Source of the DNA: Candidatus Marinacidobacterium sp.
GTDB lineage: Bacteria; Acidobacteriota; Vicinamibacteria; Marinacidobacterales; Marinacidobacteraceae
Length of the DNA: 64,000 nucleotides
Assembly (NCBI GenBank): GCA_965204755.1
Contig: OZ242011.1
Span: 672,001-736,000, forward strand
Direction: 5' to 3'
Positions within the stretch are counted from its first letter, which is position 1. Each line of letters begins with the position of its first letter. The notes below the pieces were generated by a model. The model searched no databases, had not been told where the DNA came from, and saw nothing but the letters and a program-made list of their open reading frames with translations. The translations under genes and the position numbers were made by a program. Below are positions 10,713 through 20,445 of this stretch, piece after piece.

Positions 10713-10872
10713 GATTTCTGCTCGCGAAACCGCCGTTTCGGGCCCGATTTCGGATAAGTCGTCGAAATCGAGCCCCGCTCCGCCCCGCCGGCCGGGAATC
10801 GGCGGGCGCTCCGCGCCGGCGGGCCGGGCCATTCGGGGGCGGCGAGGAACGGACGGGTAACGGACGGGCGCG

Positions 10873-11796
10873 TCAGGCGGAGGCCGCCTCCGCCCCGCCC
10901 CGGTAGTCGTGGAAGCCGCGTCCGGTCTTCCGCCCCAGCCGGCCGGCGTCCACCAACTGCACGAGCAGCGGGGAGGGCCGGTAGCGGGGGTCGCCGTACC
11001 CGGCCTGCAGCACCCGCAGGATGTCCAGCACCACATCCAGCCCGATCAGGTCGGCGAGCGCGAGCGGCCCCATCGGGTGCCGCATCCCCAGTCGCATGAT
11101 GCGGTCGATGTCCTCCGCGGTCCCGACGCCCTCGTGGAGCGCCGAGACCGCCTCGTTGATCATCGGGATGAGCACGCGGTTCGCCACGAACCCGGGCGCG
11201 TCGTTCACCCGGCAGGGCGTCTTGCCGAGCCGGCGGGCCAGCGCCATGGTCGTCTCGCAGGTTGCGTCGGAGGTCCCGAGGCCCCGGATGACTTCGACGA
11301 GTTCCATCATCGGGACCGGGTTCATGAAGTGCATCCCGATGAACCGGTCGGGCCGGCCGGAGGCCGCGCCCAGCCGGGTGATGGAGATGGACGAGGTGTT
11401 GGTCGCGAGGACGGCGGCGTCGGCGAGCAGCGGTTCGAGGTCGGCGTAGAGGGCCCGCTTCAGCGCTTCGTCCTCGACGATCGCTTCCAGGACGAAGCCG
11501 GAATCGGCCGCCGGGTCGAGTTCCGTTCGCGGGGTGATTCGCGCCAGCGCCGCCTGCGCCTCCGCCTCGGTGAGGGTTCCCCGCCGGGCCTGCCGCGCCA
11601 GGTTCTTCTCGACTGCGGCGAGCCCCCGGGCGAGCAACTCCTCGCTGAGGTCGACGAGGCTCACCGCGAACCCGGCGGCGGCGAAGGCGTGGGCGATCCC
11701 GTTGCCCATCGTGCCCGCCCCCACCACGGTGACCGGCCAGGGCGCCGCTCCGCCGGCTTCGAGCGCGCCGGGTTCCGGCGTCTTCGCGTCAGGCAT
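10873..11796 (-). CDS. hbd: 3-hydroxybutyryl-CoA dehydrogenase
   Basis: [41 protein letters not shown]; ATG 11796 overlaps the thiolase stop (upstream in-frame starts exist in the repeat). Confidence 0.93.
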   Translation of the reverse strand: MPDAKTPEPGALEAGGAAPWPVTVVGAGTMGNGIAHAFAAAGFAVSLVDLSEELLARGLAAVEKNLARQARRGTLTEAEAQAALARITPRTELDPAADSGFVLEAIVEDEALKRALYADLEPLLADAAVLATNTSSISITRLGAASGRPDRFIGMHFMNPVPMMELVEVIRGLGTSDATCETTMALARRLGKTPCRVNDAPGFVANRVLIPMINEAVSALHEGVGTAEDIDRIMRLGMRHPMGPLALADLIGLDVVLDILRVLQAGYGDPRYRPSPLLVQLVDAGRLGRKTGRGFHDYRGGAEAASA

Positions 11797-13078
11797 CTTC
11801 TTCCCCTCCGGGGGCATTTTCTTCCCCTCCGGGGGCAATTCCTTCCGCTCCGGGGGCAATTCCTTCCCCTCCGGGGGCGACTTCCACCCCCAGGGCGAGG
11901 CCGTTGCCGCCTCCGAGACACAGCGTGGCCACCCCCCGGCCCCCGCCCCGGGCGGCGAGCCGGTGCAGCAGGGTCACCAGGATGCGGGCGCCGCTCGCCC
12001 CGATGGGGTGGCCGAGCGCCACCGCGCCGCCGCTCGGGTTCGTCCGGTCGTCGGGCAGGCCGAGTTCGCGCTTCACCGCGACCGCCTGCGCCGCGAACGC
12101 TTCGTTCAACTCGAAGAGGGCGACTTCGTCGAGCCGCCAGGACAGCCGGTCGAGCAGCGCGCGGACCGCGGGCGCCGGGCTCATCATCACCCACTGCGGG
12201 GCGACTCCGGAAATCGCCTGGCCGACGACCCGGCCCAGCCGGCGGAGGCCGAGCCGGCGCGCCGCCGCGTCGGAAGCCACGACCAGCGCCGCCGCGCCAT
12301 CGTTCATCCCCGGCGCGTTCCCGGCAGTGACCCGGCCGTCCTCCCGGAAGACGGGCCGGAGCGCCGCGAGCCGCTCCTCGGAAGTGTCCGGTCGAACGGC
12401 TTCGTCGCGGCGCACCACCACGGTCTCCTTTCGCCGACGGACTTCCACCGGGACGATTTCCGCCTCGAACTCCCCCGCCTCCGTCGCCCGCGCGGCGCGG
12501 CGGTGGCTCTCGGCGGCGGCGGCGTCCATCTCCTCGCGGCTCACGCCGTACCGGTCGGCGACCCGCTCGGCGGTCTCGCCCATGTGGACCCCGGAGAAGG
12601 CGTCGGTCAGGCCGTCCCGCAGGAGCGCGTCCTCGACCGGCGCGTCGCCCAGCCGGGATCCGCCCCGGAGCGCGCGGAGCAGGTGCGGCGCGTTCGACAT
12701 GGACTCCATGCCCCCGGCGACGACCACCTCCGCGTCCCCGGCGAGGATCGCCTGCCGGGCCAGCATCACCGCCTTGAGGCCGGAACCGCAGACCTTATTG
12801 ACGGTGAACGCGCCTACCGTCTCCGGCAGGCCGGCGCCGAGGGCGGCCTGGCGCGCCGGGTTCTGCCCGGCCCCGGCGGTCAGGACCTGGCCGAGGACCG
12901 CTTCGTCCACTTCCTTCGGGTCGGCCCCGGCCCGGGCGACCGCCTCCTTCACCACCAGGGCGCCGAGTTCCGTCGCCGGGAGCGGAGCGAGGGCGCCGCG
13001 GAACCGCCCGACCGGCGTGCGCGCGGCGGAGCAGATCCACACCGGCGGCGCGGCGGCGGAGGCGGCGGTCGCTGACAC
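11789..13078 (-). CDS. acetyl-CoA C-acetyltransferase (thiolase)
   Basis: [25 protein letters not shown] motifs. Confidence 0.96.
   Translation of the reverse strand: MSATAASAAAPPVWICSAARTPVGRFRGALAPLPATELGALVVKEAVARAGADPKEVDEAVLGQVLTAGAGQNPARQAALGAGLPETVGAFTVNKVCGSGLKAVMLARQAILAGDAEVVVAGGMESMSNAPHLLRALRGGSRLGDAPVEDALLRDGLTDAFSGVHMGETAERVADRYGVSREEMDAAAAESHRRAARATEAGEFEAEIVPVEVRRRKETVVVRRDEAVRPDTSEERLAALRPVFREDGRVTAGNAPGMNDGAAALVVASDAAARRLGLRRLGRVVGQAISGVAPQWVMMSPAPAVRALLDRLSWRLDEVALFELNEAFAAQAVAVKRELGLPDDRTNPSGGAVALGHPIGASGARILVTLLHRLAARGGGRGVATLCLGGGNGLALGVEVAPGGEGIAPGAEGIAPGGEENAPGGEEDA
11792..11883. repeat. 21-bp tandem repeat (4 copies) at the thiolase/hbd junction
   Basis: CTTCCCCTCCGGGGGCA-type units at 11800, 11821, 11842, 11863. 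Confidence 0.93.
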
Positions 13079-13133
13079 GGTGCGGGGCAGGAGGAGGGGG
13101 ATCGGGGCGCGGGGAGGATCGCCGCGGACGGCG

Positions 13134-13706
13134 TCAGTTGTTCCCGGCGGGCAGGGAAGCGGTCGGTTGGGAATTCGTTTGGGAAATCGGCCGGGCCGCG
13201 GCCCCCGCCTCTCCGCCGGGACCGGCGGGAGACCGCTTCGCGGGAAAGACCACCCGGAGCCGAAGCGGCGCCCCGGGAAGGCGGCAGGCGGTCAGCAACG
13301 CCCGGCAGAGCGGCTTCCGCGCCCGGGCCAGCGCCGCGGCCGCCTTCCGGTCACGGGCGCGGAGGGTGACCACGCCCCGGTCGAACGCGACGGGAAACGC
13401 CGCGTCGGCGAGATCGGGGAACTCGGGCGCCAGCGCGTCCCGCCACACCTCGCGAAGCAACTCCAGGTCGAGCAGCCGCCCGAGGAAGGCGCCCGGCAAG
13501 GCGGTCGAGAGCAACTCGCCGACCGCCACCGGATCCCGCCGCCCGGGCCCGGGCCCGCGGGCGCCGGCGACTCCGGCCGCCGCCCGCCCCTGAGGCCGCG
13601 CCCGCCGGGCGGGCGGCGGCGCTGACCGCCGGGCTGACCGCCGGGCTGACCGCCGGGCTGACCGCCGGTGAGACGCCGAAATAAGGACCCTCGTTTCCCG
13701 TTTCAC
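13134..13706 (-). CDS. DUF721/DciA-like protein (start uncertain)
   Basis: PVAVGELL...LREVWRDAL...AFPVAFDRGVVTLRA pattern resembles DUF721. Confidence 0.55.
   Translation of the reverse strand: MKRETRVLISASHRRSARRSARRSARRSAPPPARRARPQGRAAAGVAGARGPGPGRRDPVAVGELLSTALPGAFLGRLLDLELLREVWRDALAPEFPDLADAAFPVAFDRGVVTLRARDRKAAAALARARKPLCRALLTACRLPGAPLRLRVVFPAKRSPAGPGGEAGAAARPISQTNSQPTASLPAGNN
13621..13668. repeat. 12-bp tandem repeat (4 copies)
   Basis: GCTGACCGCCGG four times. Confidence 0.95.
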
Positions 13707-13851
13707 CGAACGGCGGGATCGTATCGCGGCCCGCGCCGCGCGCCGACTCCCGCCGGGAGGGCCGGCCGGGCGGGGCGCGCGGGGCGGCTGGTATAGTCGC
13801 GGGCTCGCTGAAACCCTGACTTGGAGGGTCCGTCCCTCCGAACCGGAGGGA

Positions 13852-14568
13852 ATGGCCATGTCACCAAAAAGGACTCCCGGCGCTCCGCCGCCTCCGGCGG
13901 AGACCGAACCACCCGCCGGTTTCGAGCGCCCAGTCGGTTCCGCTGCCGGCGAGACCCCGGGCGAGACGCCGAGCGCGTTTTCGCGCCGGGCGTTCCTCCG
14001 GGGCAGCGCCGCCGCCGGAGCGGTCTCGAGCGGCCTCCTCCCGACCTTCGCCGACTCGGCGGAGGCGCAGGATGGGGCGGAGATCGCCGGGCCGGGGCCG
14101 GTGGACATGGCGTTCCGGATCAACGGCAAGGCGCATGTCGCCACCATCGAGCCCCGGGTCACGCTCCTCGACGCGCTCCGGAACCACCTCGACCTCACCG
14201 GGTCGAAGAAGGTGTGCGACCGGGGAACCTGCGGCGCCTGCACCGTGCTGGTGAACGGCCAGCCGATGTACGCCTGCTCCGTGCTCGCCATCGAGGCCCA
14301 GGGGCAGGAGATCACCACGGTCGAAGGGCTGGGCAGCCCGCAGGACATGCACCCGATCCAGCAGGCGTTCGTGGACCACGACGCCCAGCAGTGCGGTTTC
14401 TGCACCCCGGGTTTCGTGGTGGCCTGCGCCGCGCTGCTCGACCGTCATCCGAACCCGGACCGGGACACCGTGCACCGGGAACTCGGCGGCAACCTCTGCC
14501 GCTGCGGCACCTACGCCGGAGTCCGCGCGGCGGTGGCCCAGGCCGCCGGAGGAGGGGCCCATGCCTGA
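13852..14568 (+). CDS. xanthine dehydrogenase family 2Fe-2S subunit with Tat signal (PaoA/YagT-like)
   Basis: SRRAFLRG twin-arginine motif; CDRGTCGAC, QCGFCTPG, NLCRCG. Confidence 0.93.
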   Translation: MAMSPKRTPGAPPPPAETEPPAGFERPVGSAAGETPGETPSAFSRRAFLRGSAAAGAVSSGLLPTFADSAEAQDGAEIAGPGPVDMAFRINGKAHVATIEPRVTLLDALRNHLDLTGSKKVCDRGTCGACTVLVNGQPMYACSVLAIEAQGQEITTVEGLGSPQDMHPIQQAFVDHDAQQCGFCTPGFVVACAALLDRHPNPDRDTVHRELGGNLCRCGTYAGVRAAVAQAAGGGAHA

Positions 14569-16687
14569 GTACACCTGGCCGGCGGCTTCCGACCGCCGAC
14601 TCATCGGCTCCCGGCTGAGCCGGCTGGACGGCCCGGTCAAGTCCACCGGGAAGGCGAAGTACGCCTACGACATCAACCGGCGCGGAATGCTCTGGGCGAC
14701 GATGGTCCAGAGCCCGCACGCCCACGCCCGCATCACCGCGATCGACACCTCGGCCGCGGAGGCGACGCCCGGCGTGGTGAAGGTCCACCTCATCCAGGAG
14801 GTGGGCGCCGAGATCCAGTGGGCGCACGACGAGATCGTGGCGGTGGCCGCGACCTCGGAAGAAGCGGCCCGCGACGGCGCGGCGGCGGTGGTCGTCGAGT
14901 ACGAGGTCCTGCCGCACTTCGTGGACGAGCGGCGGGTGGACGACGCCCCCGAAGCCCAGGCGGCGCAGGCGGAGACCACCGGCGACCCGGATGCGGCGCT
15001 CGCCGGGGCGGCCAGCCGGTCGAAGGGCTCGTACCACGCGGCGCAGATCGCCCACTGCTCCCTCGAGGCCCACGGCCAGGTCGCGGAGTGGCAGGACGAC
15101 GAGACGGTGACCGTGTGGGCTTCGACCCAGGCGATCTCCGGAGTCGCGTCCCAACTCGGGGAGGCGGTCGGGATCCCGGCCTCGAATGTCCAGGTCGAGA
15201 CCCAGTACATGGGCGGCGGCTTCGGCAGCAAGTTCAGCGCCGACCGCTGGGGCGTGGTCGGGGTGGAACTCGCCCGGATGACCGGCCGCCCGGTCAAGTT
15301 GATGCTCGACCGGAACCAGGAGGTCAGCGTCGCCGGCGCCCGGCCTTCGACCCACTCCGAGGTCGAAGCCGGCGCGGACTCGGGCGGACGGATCGTCGCC
15401 TGGAAGTCGAAGAGTTGGGGTTCGGGAGGGCCGGCCGGCGCCGGTTCGCCGCCGATCCCCTATGTCTTCGGGTTCGAGAACCAGACGCACGCGCATGTTT
15501 CGGTGCCGACGAACACCGGCCCGGCGCGCGCCTGGCGGGCGCCGAACCACCCGCAGGCCTGCTTCGTCACCATGCGGGCGCTCGACGACCTCGCCCACGC
15601 GGCCGGCATGGACCCGCTGGACTTCTTCCTGGAGAACATCGACCAGACCGGCGAGCGGGCGCAGGTGTACGCCGACGAACTGGAGAAGGGCGCCGAACTC
15701 ATGGGCTGGCGGGAGCGCTTCCGGCCCCGGGGCTCCTCCTCGGGCGCGGTTCGCTCCGGCCTCGGGCTCGCCATCCACACCTGGGGCGGAAGAGGCCACC
15801 GAAGCAACTGCGAGGTGCTCGCCTACCGGGACGGCTTGGTGGAGGCCCGGATCGGCAGCCAGGACCTGGGAACCGGGACCCGCACGGTGATCGGGATGGT
15901 CCTGGCCGAGACCTTCGGCCTCCCCATCGAGGGGGTGAAGGTGACGATGGGCCGCAGCGTGCTGCCGGCCTCCGGGGCGTCCGGGGGCAGCACCACCGTC
16001 GGCGGCGTCAGCGGCTCCACCCGGCGCGCGGCGCTGAACGCCGCCGAGGCGGTGTTCGAGCGGATCGCCCCCGCACTGGGGACCGAGCCCGGCAACCTCT
16101 CGCTCGCCGACGGCCGCCTCCACTTCGCGGACGGCTCGCGGGAGGCGATGCCCTGGCGCGAAGCCGCGGCGCTCATCGGGGTGAACCCGGTGTCCGCGAC
16201 CGGCGCCAATCCCGGGCCGGGGCAACTCACCGACAGCGGCGTCGGCGGCATCCAGATGGCCGATGTGAGCGTGGACCTGGAGACCGGCGTGGTCAGCGTC
16301 AACCGGCTGGTGGCCGTCCAGGACTGCGGGCTGGTGCTCGACCTGAAGACCGCCGAGAGCCAGGTGTACGGGGCGCTCATCATGGGCGTCACCTACGCCC
16401 TCACCGAGGAGCGCATCTTCGATCCGCACACCGGCCGGATGCTGAACGCCGAGATGGAGTTCTACAAGTTGGCCGGGATCGCCGATGTGGGCGAGATGAT
16501 CGTCCACATGATGACCGGCCCCGGCTACGACGAACGCGGCGTGATCGGGCTGGGCGAGCCCCCGGTGATCGCGCCGGGCGCCGCCATCGCCAACGCGGCC
16601 ACGAACGCCGCCGGCGTTCCGATCAACGAGATGCCGATGACCCCGGAGCGCGTGCTCGCCGCGCTCCGGGCGGGAGGAATGGCCTGA
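14561..16687 (+). CDS. xanthine dehydrogenase family molybdopterin-binding subunit
   Basis: SPHAHARI, GGGFGSK, WRAP, QDLGTGTRT, SGGSTT, GLGEPP (catalytic Glu). Confidence 0.93.
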   Translation: MPEYTWPAASDRRLIGSRLSRLDGPVKSTGKAKYAYDINRRGMLWATMVQSPHAHARITAIDTSAAEATPGVVKVHLIQEVGAEIQWAHDEIVAVAATSEEAARDGAAAVVVEYEVLPHFVDERRVDDAPEAQAAQAETTGDPDAALAGAASRSKGSYHAAQIAHCSLEAHGQVAEWQDDETVTVWASTQAISGVASQLGEAVGIPASNVQVETQYMGGGFGSKFSADRWGVVGVELARMTGRPVKLMLDRNQEVSVAGARPSTHSEVEAGADSGGRIVAWKSKSWGSGGPAGAGSPPIPYVFGFENQTHAHVSVPTNTGPARAWRAPNHPQACFVTMRALDDLAHAAGMDPLDFFLENIDQTGERAQVYADELEKGAELMGWRERFRPRGSSSGAVRSGLGLAIHTWGGRGHRSNCEVLAYRDGLVEARIGSQDLGTGTRTVIGMVLAETFGLPIEGVKVTMGRSVLPASGASGGSTTVGGVSGSTRRAALNAAEAVFERIAPALGTEPGNLSLADGRLHFADGSREAMPWREAAALIGVNPVSATGANPGPGQLTDSGVGGIQMADVSVDLETGVVSVNRLVAVQDCGLVLDLKTAESQVYGALIMGVTYALTEERIFDPHTGRMLNAEMEFYKLAGIADVGEMIVHMMTGPGYDERGVIGLGEPPVIAPGAAIANAATNAAGVPINEMPMTPERVLAALRAGGMA

Positions 16688-17637
16688 TGCGCGCCTTCGA
16701 GTACGGAAGCCCCAAGACCGTCGCCCAGGCGGTCGAACTCCTCTCCGTCGAGGGGGCGGCGGCGCTCGGCGGAGGCACCGACCTGCTCAGCCTGATGAAG
16801 GACGGGGCGGCGGCGCCCTCCCGCCTCGTGAACCTGAAGGGGATCGCCGAACTCGCCGGCGCCCACCGGACCGCGGAGGGACTGCACATCGGCGCGACGA
16901 CGCGCCTCGGACCGCTCGCGGACAACGGGGCCGTCCGGGAGTCGTACCCGGCGGTCGCGCAGGCGGTCGAGGCCATCGGCAGCCGCCAGATCCTCATGAT
17001 GCGCACCGTCGGCGGCGACCTCTGCCACCGGCCGCGGTGCTGGTACTTCCGCGCCGGGTTCGGGCTGGTCCCGATGTTCGAGGGCCGCTCGATGGCGAAG
17101 ACCGGCGACAACCGCTACCACGCGGTGTTCGGCAACGACGGGGACGCGGTGTTCGTGAGCCCGTCCACCTTGGCCCCGCCGCTGATCGCCCTCGGCGCCT
17201 CGGTCACCGTGGCCGGGCCGGACGGCGAGCGGACCCTGCCGCTCGAAGACCTCTACCGGACGCCGATGACCGGCGACGAGAGCGAGTTCACTCTGGGAGC
17301 GGCGGAGATCGTCACCGGGGTGACGATTCCGGAGGGGGCGTCGCAAAACGCCACCTACGCGGTCAAGAACCGCCAGGGCTTCGACTGGCCGCTGGCGACC
17401 GCTTCGGTTTCGGTGTCCGGCGGCTCCGCGCGGGTCGTCCTCGGGCAGGTGGCGCCCGTTCCGTGGCGGAGCGCTCCCGCGGCGGCCGCCCTCGCCGGCG
17501 GGCTGAGCGAAGCCTCGGCGGCGGCGGCCGGCGCCGCGGCGGCCGGCGAGGCGACCGCGCTCTCCGGCAACGGCTACAAGATCCAACTGGCGGAGGTCGC
17601 GGTGAAACGCGCCGCCCTCGCCGCCTTGGAGGGCTAG
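16687..17637 (+). CDS. xanthine dehydrogenase family FAD-binding subunit (PaoB/YagS-like)
   Basis: ATG overlaps upstream TGA; MRAFEY, LGGGTDL, TVGGDLC, NGYKI. Confidence 0.92.
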   Translation: MRAFEYGSPKTVAQAVELLSVEGAAALGGGTDLLSLMKDGAAAPSRLVNLKGIAELAGAHRTAEGLHIGATTRLGPLADNGAVRESYPAVAQAVEAIGSRQILMMRTVGGDLCHRPRCWYFRAGFGLVPMFEGRSMAKTGDNRYHAVFGNDGDAVFVSPSTLAPPLIALGASVTVAGPDGERTLPLEDLYRTPMTGDESEFTLGAAEIVTGVTIPEGASQNATYAVKNRQGFDWPLATASVSVSGGSARVVLGQVAPVPWRSAPAAAALAGGLSEASAAAAGAAAAGEATALSGNGYKIQLAEVAVKRAALAALEG

Positions 17638-17642
17638 AGGCG

Positions 17643-17930
17643 ATGGCCAAGAACACGACGACTCTCCCGGCCGCCGGCGCCGCGGCCGGCGCGAAGAGCG
17701 GCGTCCCCGGCGCCGCCGGACGCGCCGCCCACGCGATGTGCCACCGGCTCCGCTCGAAGGCCATGTACATGGATGTGGAGTACGACCCGAGCGTGCCCGG
17801 CGGCATCCCGGGCGACGGCTACTTCTGGTGCACCCACACGCAGAACTGCCTCGGCCCGGACGGGCGGGTGGCGACTCGCGAGCAGTGCAGCGAGGACGCC
17901 GGCCGCCCCTGCTTTGAGCGCGCCTACTGA
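17643..17930 (+). CDS. small Cys-rich hypothetical protein (95 aa)
   Basis: GAGG SD before ATG; CHRLRSKAMY...FWCTHTQNCLGPDG...C...RPCF; GC3-rich codons. Confidence 0.75.
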   Translation: MAKNTTTLPAAGAAAGAKSGVPGAAGRAAHAMCHRLRSKAMYMDVEYDPSVPGGIPGDGYFWCTHTQNCLGPDGRVATREQCSEDAGRPCFERAY

Positions 17931-18114
17931 CCCTTCGCGGGCGGTCTTCCGCCCGCGCGCGGTCGTCCGCCGCCCGCCCCGGCGCGGCGGCGGGGAGTCC
18001 GGCCGGCGGTTGCTAGACTTGGCCGCCGGGCCGCGCCGCTCCGTCGCCGCCCTGCCCCTGCCCCTGACCCTGACCTCTGACCCTCTCGTCCCGATTCCCA
18101 GGAGTTCCCCCGCG

Positions 18115-18795
18115 ATGAAGACCTCCCGACTCGCTCTCGCGCTGCTGCTCGGCGTCTCCCTCGGCGCCGCCTCCGCCGCCGCCGCCGGTGAAGCCGACGC
18201 TTCGCTCTCCGGCCTCTACCTCGAGGCGCGCACCGCCGATGTGTACGCCGGCCACTGCTTCGCCAACAGCGAAGTGGGCCTCACCGGGAAGGAAGCCGTC
18301 CTCGCCTGGAATGTCTCCGAAGGGCAGTACGAGGGCGTGGCGCTCGACGGGCTCACCGTGGTGGCGGTGGTGAAGGCGCAGGCCACGCTCGGCGACCCGC
18401 ACGACGATCCCTACCCCGCGGACTCGGTGCTCATCGTGGACGACCGGGCGAACGCCGACCAGCGCGCCGCGCTGGTGCAGTTGGCCCACGACCTGGGCGG
18501 CCGACTGCTCGACAATGTGCTGTCGGTGAACGACGCCGCGGTGGAGGCCGACTTCGACAGCCGGCCCGGACACGCCTCGCTCACCGCCGGGGAACTCGTC
18601 GAACTGCGCACCCGGGCGCTGAGCCACGAGGATCACCTCTGCGGCAGCGAATTCGTGTACTACCCGCCGCTCACCGAGATCGCGGACGCGGTTCCGGCCT
18701 ACACGGAAGCGCACGCGTTCCGCGGGGACGACTTCGACGCGACCTGGAGTTGCCCGCTCAAGCGGAGCGCCTTCGTCGGCAGTTTCGTTCGCTGA
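18115..18795 (+). CDS. secreted DUF1326-like protein
   Basis: AGGAG SD; signal peptide; YLEARTADVYAGHCFANSE...HLCGSEFVYYPPL. Confidence 0.7.
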   Translation: MKTSRLALALLLGVSLGAASAAAAGEADASLSGLYLEARTADVYAGHCFANSEVGLTGKEAVLAWNVSEGQYEGVALDGLTVVAVVKAQATLGDPHDDPYPADSVLIVDDRANADQRAALVQLAHDLGGRLLDNVLSVNDAAVEADFDSRPGHASLTAGELVELRTRALSHEDHLCGSEFVYYPPLTEIADAVPAYTEAHAFRGDDFDATWSCPLKRSAFVGSFVR

Positions 18796-18871
18796 CTCCG
18801 TCCGCCGACCCGTCCGGGCGCCCCGGTACTCCAAGCCCTGCTTCCGGGCGCTGTCTCCGCGTAGAGGCCCG

Positions 18872-19537
18872 GTGACCGTCGCGCGCCGCGCCGCGGCAGT
18901 TCGTTTCCTCCCGTTCGCCGCGGCGGCCGTTCTCGCCGCGGCCGGCGCGTTCGCCGCCGACCAACCGACGCTCGGCGACGCGGGCGGCCCGCCGCCGGCG
19001 GAAGTCCCCGACGAGATCCGCCCGGCGCTCGGGGAACGGGGCGTTTCGGTGACCCTCTCCGAGGGGGCGAAACTCGAGTTCTGGTTCGTGGACGACCAGC
19101 CCGGCGGGGAGGGAGCGGTCCCCGGCGCGACCTTCCCCGGGCTCGAAGTGGGAACGCTGGTGGGAGTCGTCGCGCTCCACGACGCCTGGCGCGACTACAA
19201 GGGGAACCGGATCGAGCCCGGCCTCTTCACCATGCGGTACGGCACCCGGCCCGAGGACGGCAACCACATGGGTGTCTCCGTCCACCTCGACTTCGTGCTC
19301 CTGGTGCCGGTGGAAGAGGACACCACGCTCGAAGTGGACTGGGCGCAGGCCGACCTGAACCTGATGAGTTTCGCCGCCACCGGCATCGGCCACCCGGCGG
19401 TGATGAGCCTGGCCCCCAACTGGGAAGGCGTCACCGAGACCGCGCTCTTCGAAGACGACGCCGAAGGCTGGGCGCTCGCCCACACCTGGGACGACCTGAC
19501 TCTCGGCTTCGTGGTGGAGGGCGAAGGCGAGCACTGA
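18872..19537 (+). CDS. secreted hypothetical protein
   Basis: Signal peptide; MRYGTRPEDGNHMGVS...DFVLL...GHPAVMSL; coding-like codon bias. Confidence 0.75.
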   Translation: MTVARRAAAVRFLPFAAAAVLAAAGAFAADQPTLGDAGGPPPAEVPDEIRPALGERGVSVTLSEGAKLEFWFVDDQPGGEGAVPGATFPGLEVGTLVGVVALHDAWRDYKGNRIEPGLFTMRYGTRPEDGNHMGVSVHLDFVLLVPVEEDTTLEVDWAQADLNLMSFAATGIGHPAVMSLAPNWEGVTETALFEDDAEGWALAHTWDDLTLGFVVEGEGEH

Positions 19538-19562
19538 GAACGCCGGCGCCGGAGTCGCAGCG

Positions 19563-20231
19563 CTGCTGCTCGCGGCCGGCGCCTCCCGGCGCATGGGTCG
19601 CCCGAAGGCCCTGCTGCCCCACCCGGACGGCAGCGGCCGGAGCGTCATCCGGGTCCTCGCGGAGACCTTGGGCGCGGCGGGGCTCTCGCCGGTCTTCGTC
19701 GCGCTCGGGTGCGCCCGGGCCGAAGTCGCCGCGGAACTGGGCGGAGTCCGCGCTCCCGTGGCGCCCGTCCTCAATCCCGCCTGGCGATCCGGGATGCTGT
19801 CGTCGCTGAAGGCCGGGGTACGGGCGGCGGCGGCTCATCCGGAGGTCGAGTGGGCGCTGGTTGCCCTGGTGGACCAGCCGTTCCTGTCCGAGGCCTTGGT
19901 CCGGCGGCTCACCGAACGCGCGTCGGCCGCGCGCGGGTCCGGAGAGCCGCCGCCCGCCGCCGTCGCCCCCGTGGATCCGGAGCGCCGCCGGGCCGGCCGG
20001 TTCGGCCACCCGATCCTCCTCTCCCGCCGCCTCTTCCCCGAGGTGCTCGCCGAGAGCCCCCGCACCCCGGAGGACGAAGACCGGGGCGCGCGCCGCGTCC
20101 TCGCCCGCCACTCCGCCGAAGTCGCCCTCGTCCCCGCGGCCCCGCGCGAACTCGCCACCATGGAGACTCCCGAGGACTACGCCCGCTTTCGACTCCCCAG
20201 ATCGTCTCCGCAATTCGGCGCAGCACCCTAA
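19563..20231 (+). CDS. molybdenum cofactor cytidylyltransferase-like nucleotidyltransferase (MocA family); start probably CTG
   Basis: LLAAGASRRMGRPKALL, GMLSSLKAG, LVDQP, GHPIL, DRGAR, TPEDY. Confidence 0.85.
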   Translation: MLLAAGASRRMGRPKALLPHPDGSGRSVIRVLAETLGAAGLSPVFVALGCARAEVAAELGGVRAPVAPVLNPAWRSGMLSSLKAGVRAAAAHPEVEWALVALVDQPFLSEALVRRLTERASAARGSGEPPPAAVAPVDPERRRAGRFGHPILLSRRLFPEVLAESPRTPEDEDRGARRVLARHSAEVALVPAAPRELATMETPEDYARFRLPRSSPQFGAAP

Positions 20232-20247
20232 GCCGACCGACAGCGGT

Positions 20248-20282
20248 GTTTTCTTGCGTTTCTCGCAGGAAAACTGCATAAT
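20248..20282 (+). promoter_or_regulatory. sigma70 promoter with overlapping inverted-repeat operator
   Basis: TTGCGT(20254)-17 bp-CATAAT(20277); inverted repeat GTTTTCTTGCG-N5-CGCAGGAAAAC (10/11 match). Confidence 0.65.
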
Positions 20283-20445
20283 GTCTCCCGTAACCGGCTC
20301 GCTGAAGCGTGGGCACGGCTCTCCGGCGTCAGACACACTAGGCCGACGCCCGTCCCGTGCTGTCGCTCTTCGGCCATCGGTCGCACTTCGTGGCACCTTG
20401 GGTCAAGAGGCCCGCGAATAAACACGGGAACGAGGAAATCCGCTC

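Noticed and set aside
14818-17637. Apparent 939-aa ORF, and likewise the 1088-aa ORF at 43367-46633 and the 878-aa ORF at 51559-54195
   Set aside because: Only the C-terminal parts are coding (FAD subunit, Rho, GNAT); the upstream parts overlap other genes out of frame or antisense, so they are not fusions.
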